Source: Eledone cirrhosa | Lineage: Eukaryota | NCBI GenBank assembly: GCA_964016885.1 | Contig: OZ024740.1 | Location: 164,672,001-164,736,000 of the forward strand | DNA length: 64,000 bases | Direction: 5' to 3' | Shown: in pieces, positions 26,521-40,382 of the stretch | Layout of the letters: each line of letters begins with the position of its first letter | Numbering within the stretch: the stretch's first letter is position 1 | Position numbers and translations under genes: made by a program | Notes under the pieces: model-generated | Seen by the model: only the letters and a program-made list of their open reading frames with translations | Told to the model about the DNA's origin: nothing | Database searches by the model: none

Positions 26521-27053
26521 ACGCCATGCTTTGATGCATAGAGTTACGGCTCTTTCCAATCTGAGTTCAAATCCCGCCGGGGTTAACTTTGCCTTTCATC
26601 CTTATGGGGTCGATAAAATAAAGTACCAGTAATACACTGGGTAATTGCTGGCCTTGTGCCAAAAGTAGAAACAATTATTAGAAAATAATTGTTTCTACAT
26701 TTGGCACAAGGCCAGCAATTACTCAGTACATTACTGGTACTTTATTTTATCGACCCCGTAAGAATAAAAGGCAAAGTTAACCTCGGTGGGATTTAAACTC
26801 AGATCGTAAAGGGACGTAACTATGCGTCAAAGCATGGCGCCCGACTCTCCACCGATACTGCCAATAATGGAGGTAGATTAGCAGTGTCGGTAGAGAGTCG
26901 GGTGCCATGGTTTGACTCATAGAGTTACGGCCCTTTCCATTCTGAGTTCAAATCCCGCCGAGGTTAACTTTGCCTTGCATCCTTATGGGGTCGATAAAAT
27001 AAAGTACCAGTAATACACTGGAATTGCTGGCCATGTGCCAAAAGTAGAAACAA
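26521..27053. mobile_element. Three adjacent SINE copies in +/-/+ orientation
   Basis: 26521-26678 (+), 26686-26863 (-), 26869-27053 (+). Confidence 0.9.
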
Positions 27054-29013
27054 CTATAAATAATCGCTGTGGTTTAACAAAGATAAACTCTCTCGACATA
27101 CACATATACATATTTTCCATTTAATAATTGATGTAATCCAGTGATTAGCATTTTCTATTTTCTTCGCAGTCACAGATTCCTCGAAATTGTATGTTATCGG
27201 TTAGATATATCAGAGTACATTACCGAAACGGTTTTAAACGATGACAATCATAGCATGTCATATATGGCAGGTATATATGGCTACGTCATTCACAACTGTT
27301 TAAATCCGCACGAGGCAAATGTATTTTGCTATAAAGACTTATCGACCAAAGGCTTGTGAGTAAAATTTTATAGATGGAAATTGTGAAGATGCCCATTGGA
27401 TTGTCTGTAATTGTTCTTAATGCCTTTATCAGAATTCACTCTTAGGAAGCATTTAACACAGATTTCTGATTGCAGGTTATTTCAATTTTCTGATACTTTT
27501 AGAACAAATTCGGCTAATGATTGATGGTCACTACTTTCTTCCCACGATTAATTAAGACATTGAAAATCTTATATTCATATACAGTGGGCAACGGTAAAAT
27601 AAGGATTATTCCCTAGAATTAGTCCCATGCTTTTCCGCATTGTTTCAAAGCACATAGGAACAATAAAGACACAGGTATATATAATATTTAAGACAGGGTA
27701 CTTCACGAAATAAAAAAAAATCAGAGACATTGCGAGTGTATAGAGAAACATATATTACTTAATTCGTACATATATACAGAGAAATAAAGAGAGGGAAACA
27801 CGATGTGGTTTACATATGTACAAACGTCACAACATTACTGGATGCATCTCTATATACCTTAGCGCTGCTGATTGTGAGAGTTGAGCGTACCCATCGTAAA
27901 TATTTTATATCTTGATTTATTGCAATATATGGTCACCTGCACCCCTCCCCCTATTTATATATATATATATATATATATTTATAATGACTCTTTACAAAAA
28001 ATGACTCATCTCATGTTCGCTTCCTTAAGTAATTTTCCTTATACAAATTAACAAATTACTTTACATTTTGAGATTGAATTCCAAGAATGATTATGTTTTT
28101 TTCTGTTTCGAGAATATTTTCTTTACTGCTATCATTATTCCGATAATTTAATAATTTCATAATAACAAAAAGAAAATTACACTATTATTCAAATCGAGTT
28201 CAATTTATAAACATTTTCTCAATTTCTGGTAATATTTGATTATTTTCTAACAATTGTGATTAAACACAGATATTTGTAAAATTTCAATTATAGAACTGTT
28301 ATGTTGTTTTGGATATTTTCGAGTGTTTTATTATTAACGCAGAGATACGTTTTTCGTTTTCGTAAATATTATATCAAATTATTTTTCATCTGTCATTAAT
28401 CTTAGACAATTAATTTAATCACGACGTTGTGACATGTCTGAGGCTAAGTGTGAATGTGGCGCTTTATAACGTTTGTCCCTCTAGATAGGCAACATACTAG
28501 AAATGTGATTAAAAATTTTCTCAGCAACACATCTTTTTTGTTAAGAATTATTCAACGCTGGCCAGTTTATCGGTATTCGTTTCTTCCACTAACACAATCG
28601 AGTATTCATTGAATCTACACATGCATCCCCTTACAGGTACCCTCACAAACTTACACTGGCAAAAAAAAAAGAAAACTAATGATATTGCGACAAGGTAAAA
28701 AGAAGGTGAGACAGCAACTTAAATTATTACACACAAATATATTTTTATTCAACAATATATGAATGTATTTACGTAAATATGTTCAGAAAAATAGAGAGAT
28801 ATGTAGGTCGATACATAGATAGATAGATGAGCAATACTGTTATATATATATATATCACGAAACAGTAAAATAAATTCATATATATGTATGTGTGAAATGT
28901 TGTGTCTTTCGACATTCATGTGAATAAATATGTGTATGCTTATTCTTTCTTTAACGACAAATACACATATATATGTGCATGAATATGTACATATATACGT
29001 ATCTATCTATCAA

Positions 29014-29124
<111 letters not shown>

Positions 29125-29222
29125 ATATATAAACATAATATATATATATGTATATAAACATAATATATATATATATTATGTTTATATACATATATATATA
29201 TATATTATGTTTATATATATAC

Positions 29223-29265
<43 letters not shown>

Positions 29266-29270
29266 CATAT

Positions 29271-29945
29271 ATGGAAAAAATGAAATTTCGTTCCTTAGTC
29301 AGTGTTGAACAAAAGGGCAACGATGGTTGCCGAACACAGTACGCCTTAATTCGGGATGTTTGTTTACAAACAAACCGAATATTATAATAAATGTTCGGTA
29401 AACCCATACGTACATATATATATATGTGTGTGTGTGCCTGTATGTATGTATATACATACTACTGTGCGTCTGTATACATATATGTATGTACGTATGTACG
29501 TATACATACTTATATTTAAGTATCAGCCATACTAAGAGTGAGAAATGAAATTTCCTTTTTTCCATTTATCGTTTTCGGTACGCCCGGCCGACTAACTCAC
29601 TCGATATGCAAATTAGGCTGCTCAGCCGATAATATGAATAAGAAGAGTACATACTTTCAAACGTTCAAACCACTGACAGGAAGGTATATGGTGCTGACGA
29701 CAGATAATAAGCAAGAAACTAGTTCATCGTTCCTTTGTCAGTATTGAACAAAAGGGCAACAATGGTTGCCGAACACTGTACGGCTTAATTCGGGATGTTT
29801 GTTTACAAACAAACCGAACATTATAATAAATGTTCGGTAAACCCATACGTACACACATATATATATATGTGCATGTCTGTATGTATATACATACTACTGT
29901 ACGTCTGTATACATATATGTATGTACGTATACATACTTACATTTA
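29271..29945 (+). mobile_element. HHR-bearing element, ~439-bp partial tandem with short inverted start (same family as 42077-42615)
   Basis: gtcagt(g/a)ttgaacaaaagggc at 29298 and ~29737; TA-rich flanks. Confidence 0.85.
29690..29728 (+). ncRNA. Type I HHR (weak helix II)
   Basis: ggtg-CTGACGA-...-GAAAC-TA-GTT-catc. Confidence 0.65.
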
Positions 29946-30392
29946 TATACATATACATTTATATATATATATATGTGTGTGTGTGTGTGCGCACATATAC
30001 ATATATATATCTATATATATATATCTATATACGTTTTTTTTAATAAATATTTTTATATTATTTTCCGTCATTTTTCATTTGACCAATTCTCCATCCAATA
30101 ACGGACCATTCATAAATATCTTATTTTATAAATCCTATGTCTCATAAATAATAAACCACTGAGGCGATCAGCGGTTACCACGAAACCCTGAGTAACAACG
30201 GAGTGTTATCTCAGAATTTAAACTTCACTTCTGATTTAAATAATTCTTTCCTATTTATAGTAGTTTCGCACATCATTTTATATATATTTATATATATATA
30301 TATAGTAATAATAATAAATTTGAAGACTAAAATCCAAAGAGGGCTCGATAAGGATAAATATATATCAAATATATAAGAACCGTAGAGCAAAT

Positions 30393-30517
30393 ATTTATTA
30401 AAATAACAGATTAAAGTTTAAGCAAAGAATCGCTGCTTTCACCTTTAACGGAAGATGCCGTTAAGGGTGAAAGCAGCGATTCTTTGCTTAAACTTTAATC
30501 TGTTATTTTAATAAATA
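30393..30517. repeat. Near-perfect ~60-bp-arm hairpin; family also at 53178-53240
   Basis: atttattaaaataacaga...taacgg (aagatg) ccgtta...tctgttattttaataaat. Confidence 0.85.
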
Positions 30518-30719
30518 AATATATATATATATATATATACATACATACACACACACACACACACATATATATTTATTTATATATATACACACATATACAC
30601 ACATATACACATATGTGTCATATGTGTCTGTACATATATATATATATATGAATGTATACATGTATGTGTGTTTGCATACATGTATATATTCATATACGCA
30701 CAAATAAACATCTCCCCCC

Positions 30720-30829
<110 letters not shown>

Positions 30830-31195
30830 TGAGAGTGGGAGAGAGATAATTATATATATATGCCCATCAATAATATTGCACTACTGATAGGTTCTAGTGA
30901 AATCATATAGCAACTCTACTGCAAGCAGTGCTACGATTAATAACAAAAAAAATAATGTCAGTGTGATATGTGGTTATAGGGGAAGACTACTATTCCTTCT
31001 GAATCATATAGTAATTTTAGCAGACAATATTTCATATATAATAAGTTGTCGAACTAGTTGTCACAAATTTCGCCAAAATAGCCGATATCTATCTATATAT
31101 GTATCTGACCAATTTCGTAGAGCAAAATCAGCTGTCTGAGGCCAGGTTTATTGCTAATAATTCAAGATTCCTTCATAAGAATTGTTTTTGAAGGG

Positions 31196-31304
<109 letters not shown>

Positions 31305-31403
31305 CTAATAATATATATATATTATTGCTAATATATATATATATATATTATTGCTAATAATTCAAGATTCTTTCATAAGAATTGTTTGTTTTGAAGGGAA
31401 TAT

Positions 31404-31443
<40 letters not shown>

Positions 31444-31453
31444 CATATATCAA

Positions 31454-31641
31454 TAATTGTCTACTTTGGGCACAAGGCCAGCAATTATCTCAGTGTATTA
31501 TAGGTACTTTATTTTATTGACCCCGTAAGGATGAAAGGCAAAGTGAACCTCGGCGTGATGTGAACTCAGTCCGTAAAGAGACGCAACTGTGCTGAAAAGC
31601 ATGGCGTCCGACCCTCTACCGACACTGCCAATCCACCGCCC
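31454..31641 (-). mobile_element. tRNA-derived SINE, full length
   Basis: Tail, core and head (ctgccaatccaccgccc) all present. Confidence 0.9.
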
Positions 31642-31698
31642 TATACATATATCAATAATATTAATAATGCGAATCTATCTTTATAACCCCATATTTAT

Positions 31699-31753
31699 TT
31701 TATTATATATATTTCAAGGGTACCAACATTTTGGTACGCCCTCATCAGATAAA
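31699..31753 (-). ncRNA. Type I HHR (family shared with 58765)
   Basis: rc: tttat-CTGATGA-gggc-gtaccaa(aatg)ttggtac-cctt-GAAAT-ATAT-ATA-ataaa. Confidence 0.85.
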
Positions 31754-31811
31754 ATACAAAAGTTGTTTTATAAATAGTGACATATCCAAAAACAAGAACT
31801 CATAGTTTTAA

Positions 31812-31904
<93 letters not shown>

Positions 31905-31933
31905 TGTGTAATATTAATAATATTATACACACA

Positions 31934-32006
<73 letters not shown>

Positions 32007-33364
32007 ATGAAAAATAAAAGTTACGGGCGAAAGAGAGGAATATCCATCGTCAGTTGTCTGCTAGGAATCATAGGTATTTCTTCGTGTTAGAGACAAGATA
32101 ACTCAGCCTAGGGCGAACAAGAACTAAAATAAGTTATTGGGATAAAAAAAGGGGGGGGGGATATGTAAACAGACACGAAACGTGAAGCAACGTAAAGAGG
32201 GGAAAAATAGGAAAAATATCAAGTCAACAACTCATTTCAAACGTAAGAACTGGCGAGTTTGACGAGAGAGAAAAAGACACTTCTTCGCTGTAGCAGTGTT
32301 AGCGGGAGAAGAGGCTGCGTACAGTGGCGGACGAGAGAGGAAGTGAGCTAGCGGAGAGAGGGTGACTAGCAGAGAGGGAGTGACTAGCAGAGAGGGAGTG
32401 AGTGAAAGTAACGGGAAGCCAGAAACAGATAGTTATAGTGGCAGGCTAGCCGAGAGAAGATGACTAGCAGAGGGCGTGAGCGGAAGTAAGAGGGAGAAGG
32501 ATAGAGAAGGTGGAGAGAGGATAACAACAAGGGGAGAGACAAGAGAGGGGTCACGGCGAAGAAGGAAGCTTATATGAATAAAATGGCGAGCCGTGTGGTT
32601 GTATTTAAGTATAATGAAAAATAAAAGTTACGGGCGAAAGATATGGACGATGGATAAACCTCTCTTTCGCCCGTAACATTTATTTTTCATTATACATAAT
32701 TGCTGACTTTGACCTTTTATCAGAGGTTTTCTAACTATGACCATATCATATTAATTTCAAGTACACAACATCAATAAGTACATAATCTGTTTTTTTTTTC
32801 TTTTTTAAAACGGAAGTGTTTGATTTGGTGGAGTTTGGGCTGTTATTTCTAGCAGAATGTGACCAAATAGAAGGTTCCTGAATAGGTAGAGCTTCCATTG
32901 TGTTGATCCAGTGTTGATTTGAAGTTGTTCAAGATAGACCTTAGTCATATTTATCTGACAATCACAAAGATCATGAGTAAGTCAAAGGAAACCGCAAATA
33001 TATAGAAACCTTTCACACGTTCTGAATCTAAAGTTGATCAAATTATCAAGTGAGGGCGTAGTAGGAATTTTGTGTCTGTAATGCTGTAAATATATTTACA
33101 CACGTGTAGGATTCATAGTGATAATAACAGAGCGATTGTAACAGAAATAGCAGTGTTTGTAGTGTTAATAGAAGTGGTGAGAATGTTAATAGTAATTTTA
33201 TTATCGATAGTAGCATATTTAATATTATTAATAGTACGTTTAGTAATAACAGCATGCCTTTTAATTATAATAGCAGTATTATTAGTATTAATAGTAGCAT
33301 TATTAACATATTATTAATAGTCGCATTATTAACATATTATTAATAGTATCAATTATGATATTAA

Positions 33365-35155
33365 TAATTGTTCTACTTTTGGCCCAAGGCCAGCAAATAC
33401 CCAGTATATTACTGGTACTTTATTTTATCGAGCCCGTAAGGATGAAAGGCAAAGTTAACTTCGGCGGGATTTGAATTCAGTCCACAAAGGGCCGTAACTC
33501 TTTGCTGCAAAGCATGGCGTCCGACCCTCTATATGATACTGCCAATCCACTATTAATAATAGTAGTTAGAGTGTTAAAATATCTAGTATTTATAGTAAAA
33601 TGTGGCGTATTAGCTGAGTTATTATAAGGTCAGATAGAATGTTTTAAGGTACTCATTTTGGTTCTCTGCGCATTGAGTTCAAAACCTGCCGGGGCCAAAT
33701 TTTCCTTTCGTTATTTCGCAGTCGATGAAAAAGTACAGTAACGAGGGAACAAAACTTCCTCTATATCTCTTTCTTACTTTATCTCTCTACTTCTCAGGAA
33801 GAAATAGGTTGTGCTCAGGCTTGGAGAGGAGATTGGCTCCGTGAGGATATAAATGCCCGAGACACGTCGGCTATCACTCTTATGTGCATAGTTTTATGTA
33901 TAGTATTTAAAGCAGTATGTATAGAATAAGTAGTTGTAGTATTAATAGTAATATGTGTGGTACTGATAGTAATAATATTAGTTTTGATAATTCTATCTAA
34001 TATAGGAACAAGGCCAACACTTTGAGTGAGGAAAAAGTCGTTTATATCAACCTGAGTGCTTAATTGGTACTTTACTATAAAGACGCCGGTTGAAAAGCAA
34101 ATTTAACTTCGGCGAAATTTGAAAACCGTAGCTAAATACCGCAAAGCATTTTTTCCCACGCTCTATCAATACTGCCAATCTACCACTATCAGTTGTAGTA
34201 TTAATAATGGTTTTTGATTTTAGGTAGAGGAGGAGGGGAAAGTTGATTTAATCGAATCAGTTACTGTTACTTTATTTTGCCGATTCGTAAATTTGAAAGG
34301 TAAAGCTAACCTCGGAGGGATTTGAACACAGAAGTTAGAATACCGTAACTAAATACCACAAAGTATTTTGGCAGACACTCTACCGATTCTGCTAATCCAC
34401 CACCTTAAATAATTGTTTCTACTTTTGGCACAAGGTCTGCAATTACTCCAGTGTATTACTGGTACTTTATTTCATCGACTCCGTAAGAATGAAAAGCAAA
34501 GTTAACCACGGCGGTATTTGAACTCAGATCATAAAGGGCCGTAACTCTATGCTACAAAGCATGGCGTCCGACCCTCTACCGTTACTGTCATACTCCCACC
34601 TTAAATAATGTTTTCTGATTTAGACACAAGGAGAACAATTTTGGGAGAAGGGGAAAGGCGATTAAATCGAACCAGTGTGTTACTGGTGCTTTATTTATCA
34701 ATTAAAGTCAAAGCTAATCTTGGTGGGATTTAAACCCAGAAGGTAAAGGGCCGTAACTCTATATTGGAAAGCATGTTCTACCACATTCTATCGCGATGTC
34801 GTGGTGTTGCTGGGGTAATAAAGATGCTGCTGCTGCTGCGTACCTCAATAATAATAATGGTTTCTTATATAGGCACAAGGCCAGCAATTATCCAGTGCAT
34901 TACTGGTACTTTATTTTATCGACCTCGTAAGGATGAAAGGCAAAGTCTTTCTTATATAGGCACAAGGCCAGCCATTTTGGGGGGAGGGGAAAGTCGTTTA
35001 AATCGACCCCAGTGTATTACTGGCACTTTATTTTATCGACCCTGTAAGTATGAAAGGCAAAGTTAATCTCAACGGGATTTGAACTCAGAACGTAAAGGGC
35101 CATAACTCCCTGCTGCAAACAATGGTGTCTGACCCTCTACAATATTGCCAATCCA
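33365..35155 (-). mobile_element. Cluster of about 7 SINE copies, mostly on the minus strand
   Basis: Copies near 33365, 34005, 34210, 34409, 34610, 34860 and 34950, plus a diverged plus-strand copy near 33600-33740. Confidence 0.85.
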
Positions 35156-35334
35156 TAACAACAGCAATAATAATGACGGTGATGATGAAGGTGGCGTTGG
35201 TGGTGAAGGTCAAGAAGCTGATGATGATGGATATTGATAAGGCAGAAAGTGGTAAAGAAGAGAGATATGAAGATAAGGACAACTATAACGGTTTGTGGGG
35301 AAATGTTGGCAATAGTTATCATGTAGATAATGGT

Positions 35335-36740
35335 AATGGTGGTGGTGGTGGTGGTGGTGGTGGTGGTGTAGGTGGTGATGGTGGTGGTGGTGGTGGCGGT
35401 AGTAGTAGTTGTGGTGGTGGTGGTGGTAGTAGTAGTTGTGGTGGTGGTGGTAGTGGTGGTGGTGGTGGTGGTGTAGGTGGTGGTGGTGGTGGTGGCGGTA
35501 GTAGTAGTTGTGGTGGTGGTGGTGGTGGTAGTGGTGGTAGTAGTGGTGGTGGTGGTGGTGGTAGTAGTGGTGGTGGTGGTAGTGGTGGTAGTAGTGGTGG
35601 TGGTGGTGGTGGTGATGTTGGTGGTGACGGTGGTGATGGTGAGGGTGGTGATGGTGACGGTGGTGGTGGTGGTGGTGGGGGGGGGGGGTAGTAGTGGTTG
35701 TGGTGGTGGTGGTGGTAGTGGTGGTGGTGGTGGTGGTGTAGGTGGTGATGGTGGTGGTGGTGGTGGCGGTAGTAGTAGTTGTGGTGGTGGTGGTGGTGGT
35801 AGTGGTGGTAGTAGTGGTGGTGGTGGTGGTGGTGGTAGTAGTGGTGGTGGTGGTAGTGGTGGTAGTAGTGGTGGTGGTGGTGGTGGTGATGTTGGTGGTG
35901 ATGGTGGTGATGGTGAGGGTGGTGATGGTGACGGTGGTGGTGGTGGTGGTGGGGGTGGTAGTAGTGGTTGTGGTGGTGGTGGTGGTGGTGATGGTGGTGA
36001 TGGTGATGGCGATGGTGGTGGTGATGATGGTGCTAGTGGTGGTGGTGGTGGTGGTGGTGATGGTGGTCTGATGCTGGTGATGATGATGGTGGTGATGATG
36101 GTGGTGGTGGTGATGGTGGCGGTGATGGTGGTGGTGGTGATGGTGGTGATGATGGCGGTGATGATGATGGTGGTGGTGGTGATGGTGGTAGTGATGGTGG
36201 TGGTGATGATGGTGGTGATGATGGCGGTGGTGATGATGGCGGTGGTGATGGTGGTGGTGGTGGTGGTGATGGTGGTGGTGGTGGTGGTGATGGTGGTGGT
36301 GATGATGGTGGTGATGATGGCCGTGGTGATGGTGGTGGTGGTGGTGATGGTGGTGGTGGTGATGATGATGATGATGGTGGTGGTGATGATGGTGGTGGTG
36401 ATGACGATGGTGGTGGTGATGGTGGTGGTGGTGATGATGGTGGTGGTGAAGATGATTATGATACTGGTGGTGGTGATGATGATGATGATGATGATGATGA
36501 TGGTTGTGGTGGTGGTGGTAGTGGTGGTGGTGGTGATGATGATGATGGTTGTGGTGGTAGTGGTGGTGATGATCATCAGCAACATCATGATTGTGATGAT
36601 CATGATGACGTTGATTATGATGGTGATGTTAACGATTGTGACGACGGCGATGATGATGATGATGATGATAAATCATGATCATCATCATGAACATCATGAT
36701 CATAAAGAGGAGGGGGAGAATGATGATGATGATGATGGGG
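35335..36740. repeat. (GGT/GAT/AGT)n cryptic triplet array with higher-order duplication
   Basis: Block ~35350-35690 is repeated at ~35720-35960; the array grades from GGT to GAT. Confidence 0.95.
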
Positions 36741-37035
36741 TGGAGGAAGAGGAAGAGGAATTATTTGTGTCGTCGACGTGCTTAAGATGATGATAGTGAT
36801 GTTGATATAGAAAATATTGAAAAGAAGAGCTTTCTTGGTGAAAGTGATGACAACGATGACGTTGCTGTTAGTTACGACAACGATGGTGATATGATGGATG
36901 ATGATGGTGATGTTCTTGATGATGCATCTACATTATTGTGTATATGTGAGGAGAGTGTATGTGTGAGAGTGTATGTGGATGTCTAAATGTAAATGCGTGC
37001 CTGTATATATATATATATATATATATATGTATTTA

Positions 37036-37640
<605 letters not shown>

Positions 37641-37800
37641 TATATATATATATATAATTAAAGGTTAAACAAGGTTCAATGAATAAATCAATGAATAAAG
37701 TTTCACAATAGATTAGAAGCACTCCACAAAGAGGATTTCTGGAGTTATTAATATTACTTCAAAATATTAATAAATATAGACATTCATGTGATCAAATATA

Positions 37801-37839
37801 TTTTATTATACATATTTCAGACGTCCTCATCAGATAAAA
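37801..37839 (-). ncRNA. Minimal type I HHR (39 nt)
   Basis: rc: ttttat-CTGATGA-ggacgtct-GAAAT-ATGT-ATA-ataaaa. Confidence 0.75.
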
Positions 37840-38091
37840 CTCCTTTGTTCTGTCCTGAGGATTTGGCGTAGGACAGAACAAACGAGAGGCACAAAACAAA
37901 AAAAAGAATCCCCAGTCACTGAAGAGGTCACAGAATGTGTGACGAAAGAACTTTGACAATATATGAACAACCGTCCGGTTGTGGAACCAACCAACCAACC
38001 GGAAATTTATAAATTTAAAATTTATAAATTAAAAAAAAAAAAAAAATGTTTATATATATATATATATATAATAAACAACATAAGGTAATTA

Positions 38092-38152
38092 TTTCATTTA
38101 CCAGTGGTTTCTTGAAAGCAAACAAATTTTGCTTTCAATCATCAGAATGAAA
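38092..38152 (-). ncRNA. Type I HHR (left arm)
   Basis: Reverse complement of 38217-38277. Confidence 0.88.
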
Positions 38153-38216
38153 AAATCCTGCTGTATTTATTGACATAGGTTTTTAAAATCCAATGTCAAT
38201 AAATACACCAGGATGT

Positions 38217-38277
38217 TTTCATTCTGATGATTGAAAGCAAAATTTGTTTGCTTTCAAGAAACCACTGGTAAATGAAA
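38217..38277 (+). ncRNA. Type I HHR (right arm)
   Basis: tttcatt-CTGATGA-ttgaaagcaaa(atttg)tttgctttcaa-GAAAC-CACTG-GTA-aatgaaa. Helix I 7 bp, helix II 11 bp. Confidence 0.9.
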
Positions 38278-39023
38278 TAATTACCTTATATTGTTTATTA
38301 CATAACTATTAAGTTCTCTCTCTATATATATAACAAATAAAGATTCAGCGAGAATCGCATCTTCTCGCGGGCAGGAAAAGCGAAGCGAAACGAAAAAGTC
38401 AGAAATGATACTGGCAAAGTGGTCAATAGTTAAAAACCAGAGCTAAACAATGTGTTAAGAAGCCTTACAAAACTGAAAAGGGGGTCAAGAAAGCATTAAC
38501 CACCTAAGCCAAAAACCAAATCAAGCTAAACAAGTCAATATACACACACACACATATATATATATACATATATATATTATATATGTATAATATATATATA
38601 TATATTGTGTATATATGTATATATATGTGTGTGTGGTGTGAGTGTGTGTGTGTGTGTGTGAGCTTGCGTGTGTGATTATAATATCCACGATGACGATGAT
38701 ACGGGGAATTTTCCTGATAAGTGACAGTAGAGGCGTAAGGTGAGATCAGGTCTGAAAAAATAACTATATCATATATCAGATAAATTGTAAGATAAAGATA
38801 TCTCTCGATGACTAATTGTATTGAACCCACAATTTTGAGGTTCACTTATTAAACCTGTAAAATATTCACTTTATTTTTCTCTATCTCTCTCGCAGTTTCT
38901 TTCTCACACACACAAAAAAAAAAATATATATATATATACATTAATATTTATACATACATATATATATATATACATATGTGTGTATGTGTGTGTATCACAC
39001 ACACACACACACACACAACACAC

Positions 39024-39115
<92 letters not shown>

Positions 39116-39121
<6 letters not shown>

Positions 39122-39598
39122 TAAACGGAATAGAAAATGCTGACAAATTGTTCACAGTTGAAAAATGGTTTAATTAGGAATAAAAGAGTATTAGTGATTG
39201 TATGGGTTAGTATTCAGTTGTGGTTTTAAGTTTTTACCGGTTGCGCATTTCTAAATGCTTTTCAAAAATAATTTTGAGATAGAGTGTCCGTGCTGTTTGC
39301 TCTGATCAGAGCAAACAGCACGGGCACTCTATCTCAAAATTATTTTTGAAAAGCATTTAGAAATCAGAGCAAACAGCACGGACACTCTATCTCAAAATTA
39401 TTTTTGAAAAGCATTTAGAAATGCGCAACCGGTAATAACTTAAAAAATTAAAACCACAACTGAATACTAACCCATACAATCACTAATACTCTTTTATTCC
39501 TAATTAAACCATTTTTCAACTGTGAACAATTTGTCAGCATTTTCTATTCCGTTTACCAATATATAATAACTTGTGTGTTACACCTCTATTCTTTTAAC
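39116..39598. mobile_element. Fold-back element with an internal ~59-bp tandem duplication
   Basis: Turn at ttgctctgatcagagcaa (~39304); the tcagagcaaacagcacgg block occurs twice. Confidence 0.85.
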
Positions 39599-40382
39599 TA
39601 TATATATTCAATTGAAGGATATTTGGTTGATTGAAAATCTGCCGAATTTTTCTTAACAGTTGTACATCATTCCACGGTTGTTGTTCATCCAGAGTTTTAG
39701 TATAATACATAAAAAAGACGGTTTCATTTATACATTCCTATTTATTATTTTGTTATACGTATTTCAAAGACCTAAGGCAGTTTTATAACAATTACCCTAA
39801 GTGTTCTCTTCAGACAAAAATGCAAACGAGATGTAAAGTTCCGGTCATATGTGTTATTCCCATCACCGACTAGTAAGCATATGTCCGAATTTCTCAAGTA
39901 GCAGTTGTTATATGTGCGGGAGATAGATATTCGAATTGGCGTTGCTGCTTGTGAACTGGCGATGGTATCAATTCACCAGATTGGTCACTTGGTTCATAGG
40001 AAGGCATGTATGAACTGTTAGTCCATGTTTTTATTTTTATTCTAGATTTGATTCACTTAGATACGAATTCTAGTTTTAGATATTTCTACTTTGATACTGA
40101 TTCACCGTGTAAGATATTATTTGTGCCCCTATTTTAAGTATGATTTCCTGGTTTGGTATATCCCATTATTATAATAAAACACTATAATTTAATTAGAAGT
40201 TTGGGTTTGTGTTCAGGAGTTTGATATTTCAAAACTTTCCTATTTTTCAAGAAAAAATACATTTAAAAAAAATTTATCAGTTCATATAATTAAATCAACA
40301 GAGTATATATTTATTTTATTATACAAGCTTATCAAAAGCAAACAAGTAAAAACAAATAACACTTATAAGCAACTTATACACG

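Larger units (their letters stand above)
38071..38298. mobile_element. Palindromic mini-element with one HHR per arm
   Basis: Arms 38071-38177 and 38193-38298; starts at (TA)n. Confidence 0.9.

Noticed and set aside
35122-36790. Long ORFs (488, 437 and 189 aa; poly-T/P, poly-V/M, poly-G)
   Set aside because: Translations of a GGT/GAT triplet array that is stop-poor in several frames; no evidence of coding.
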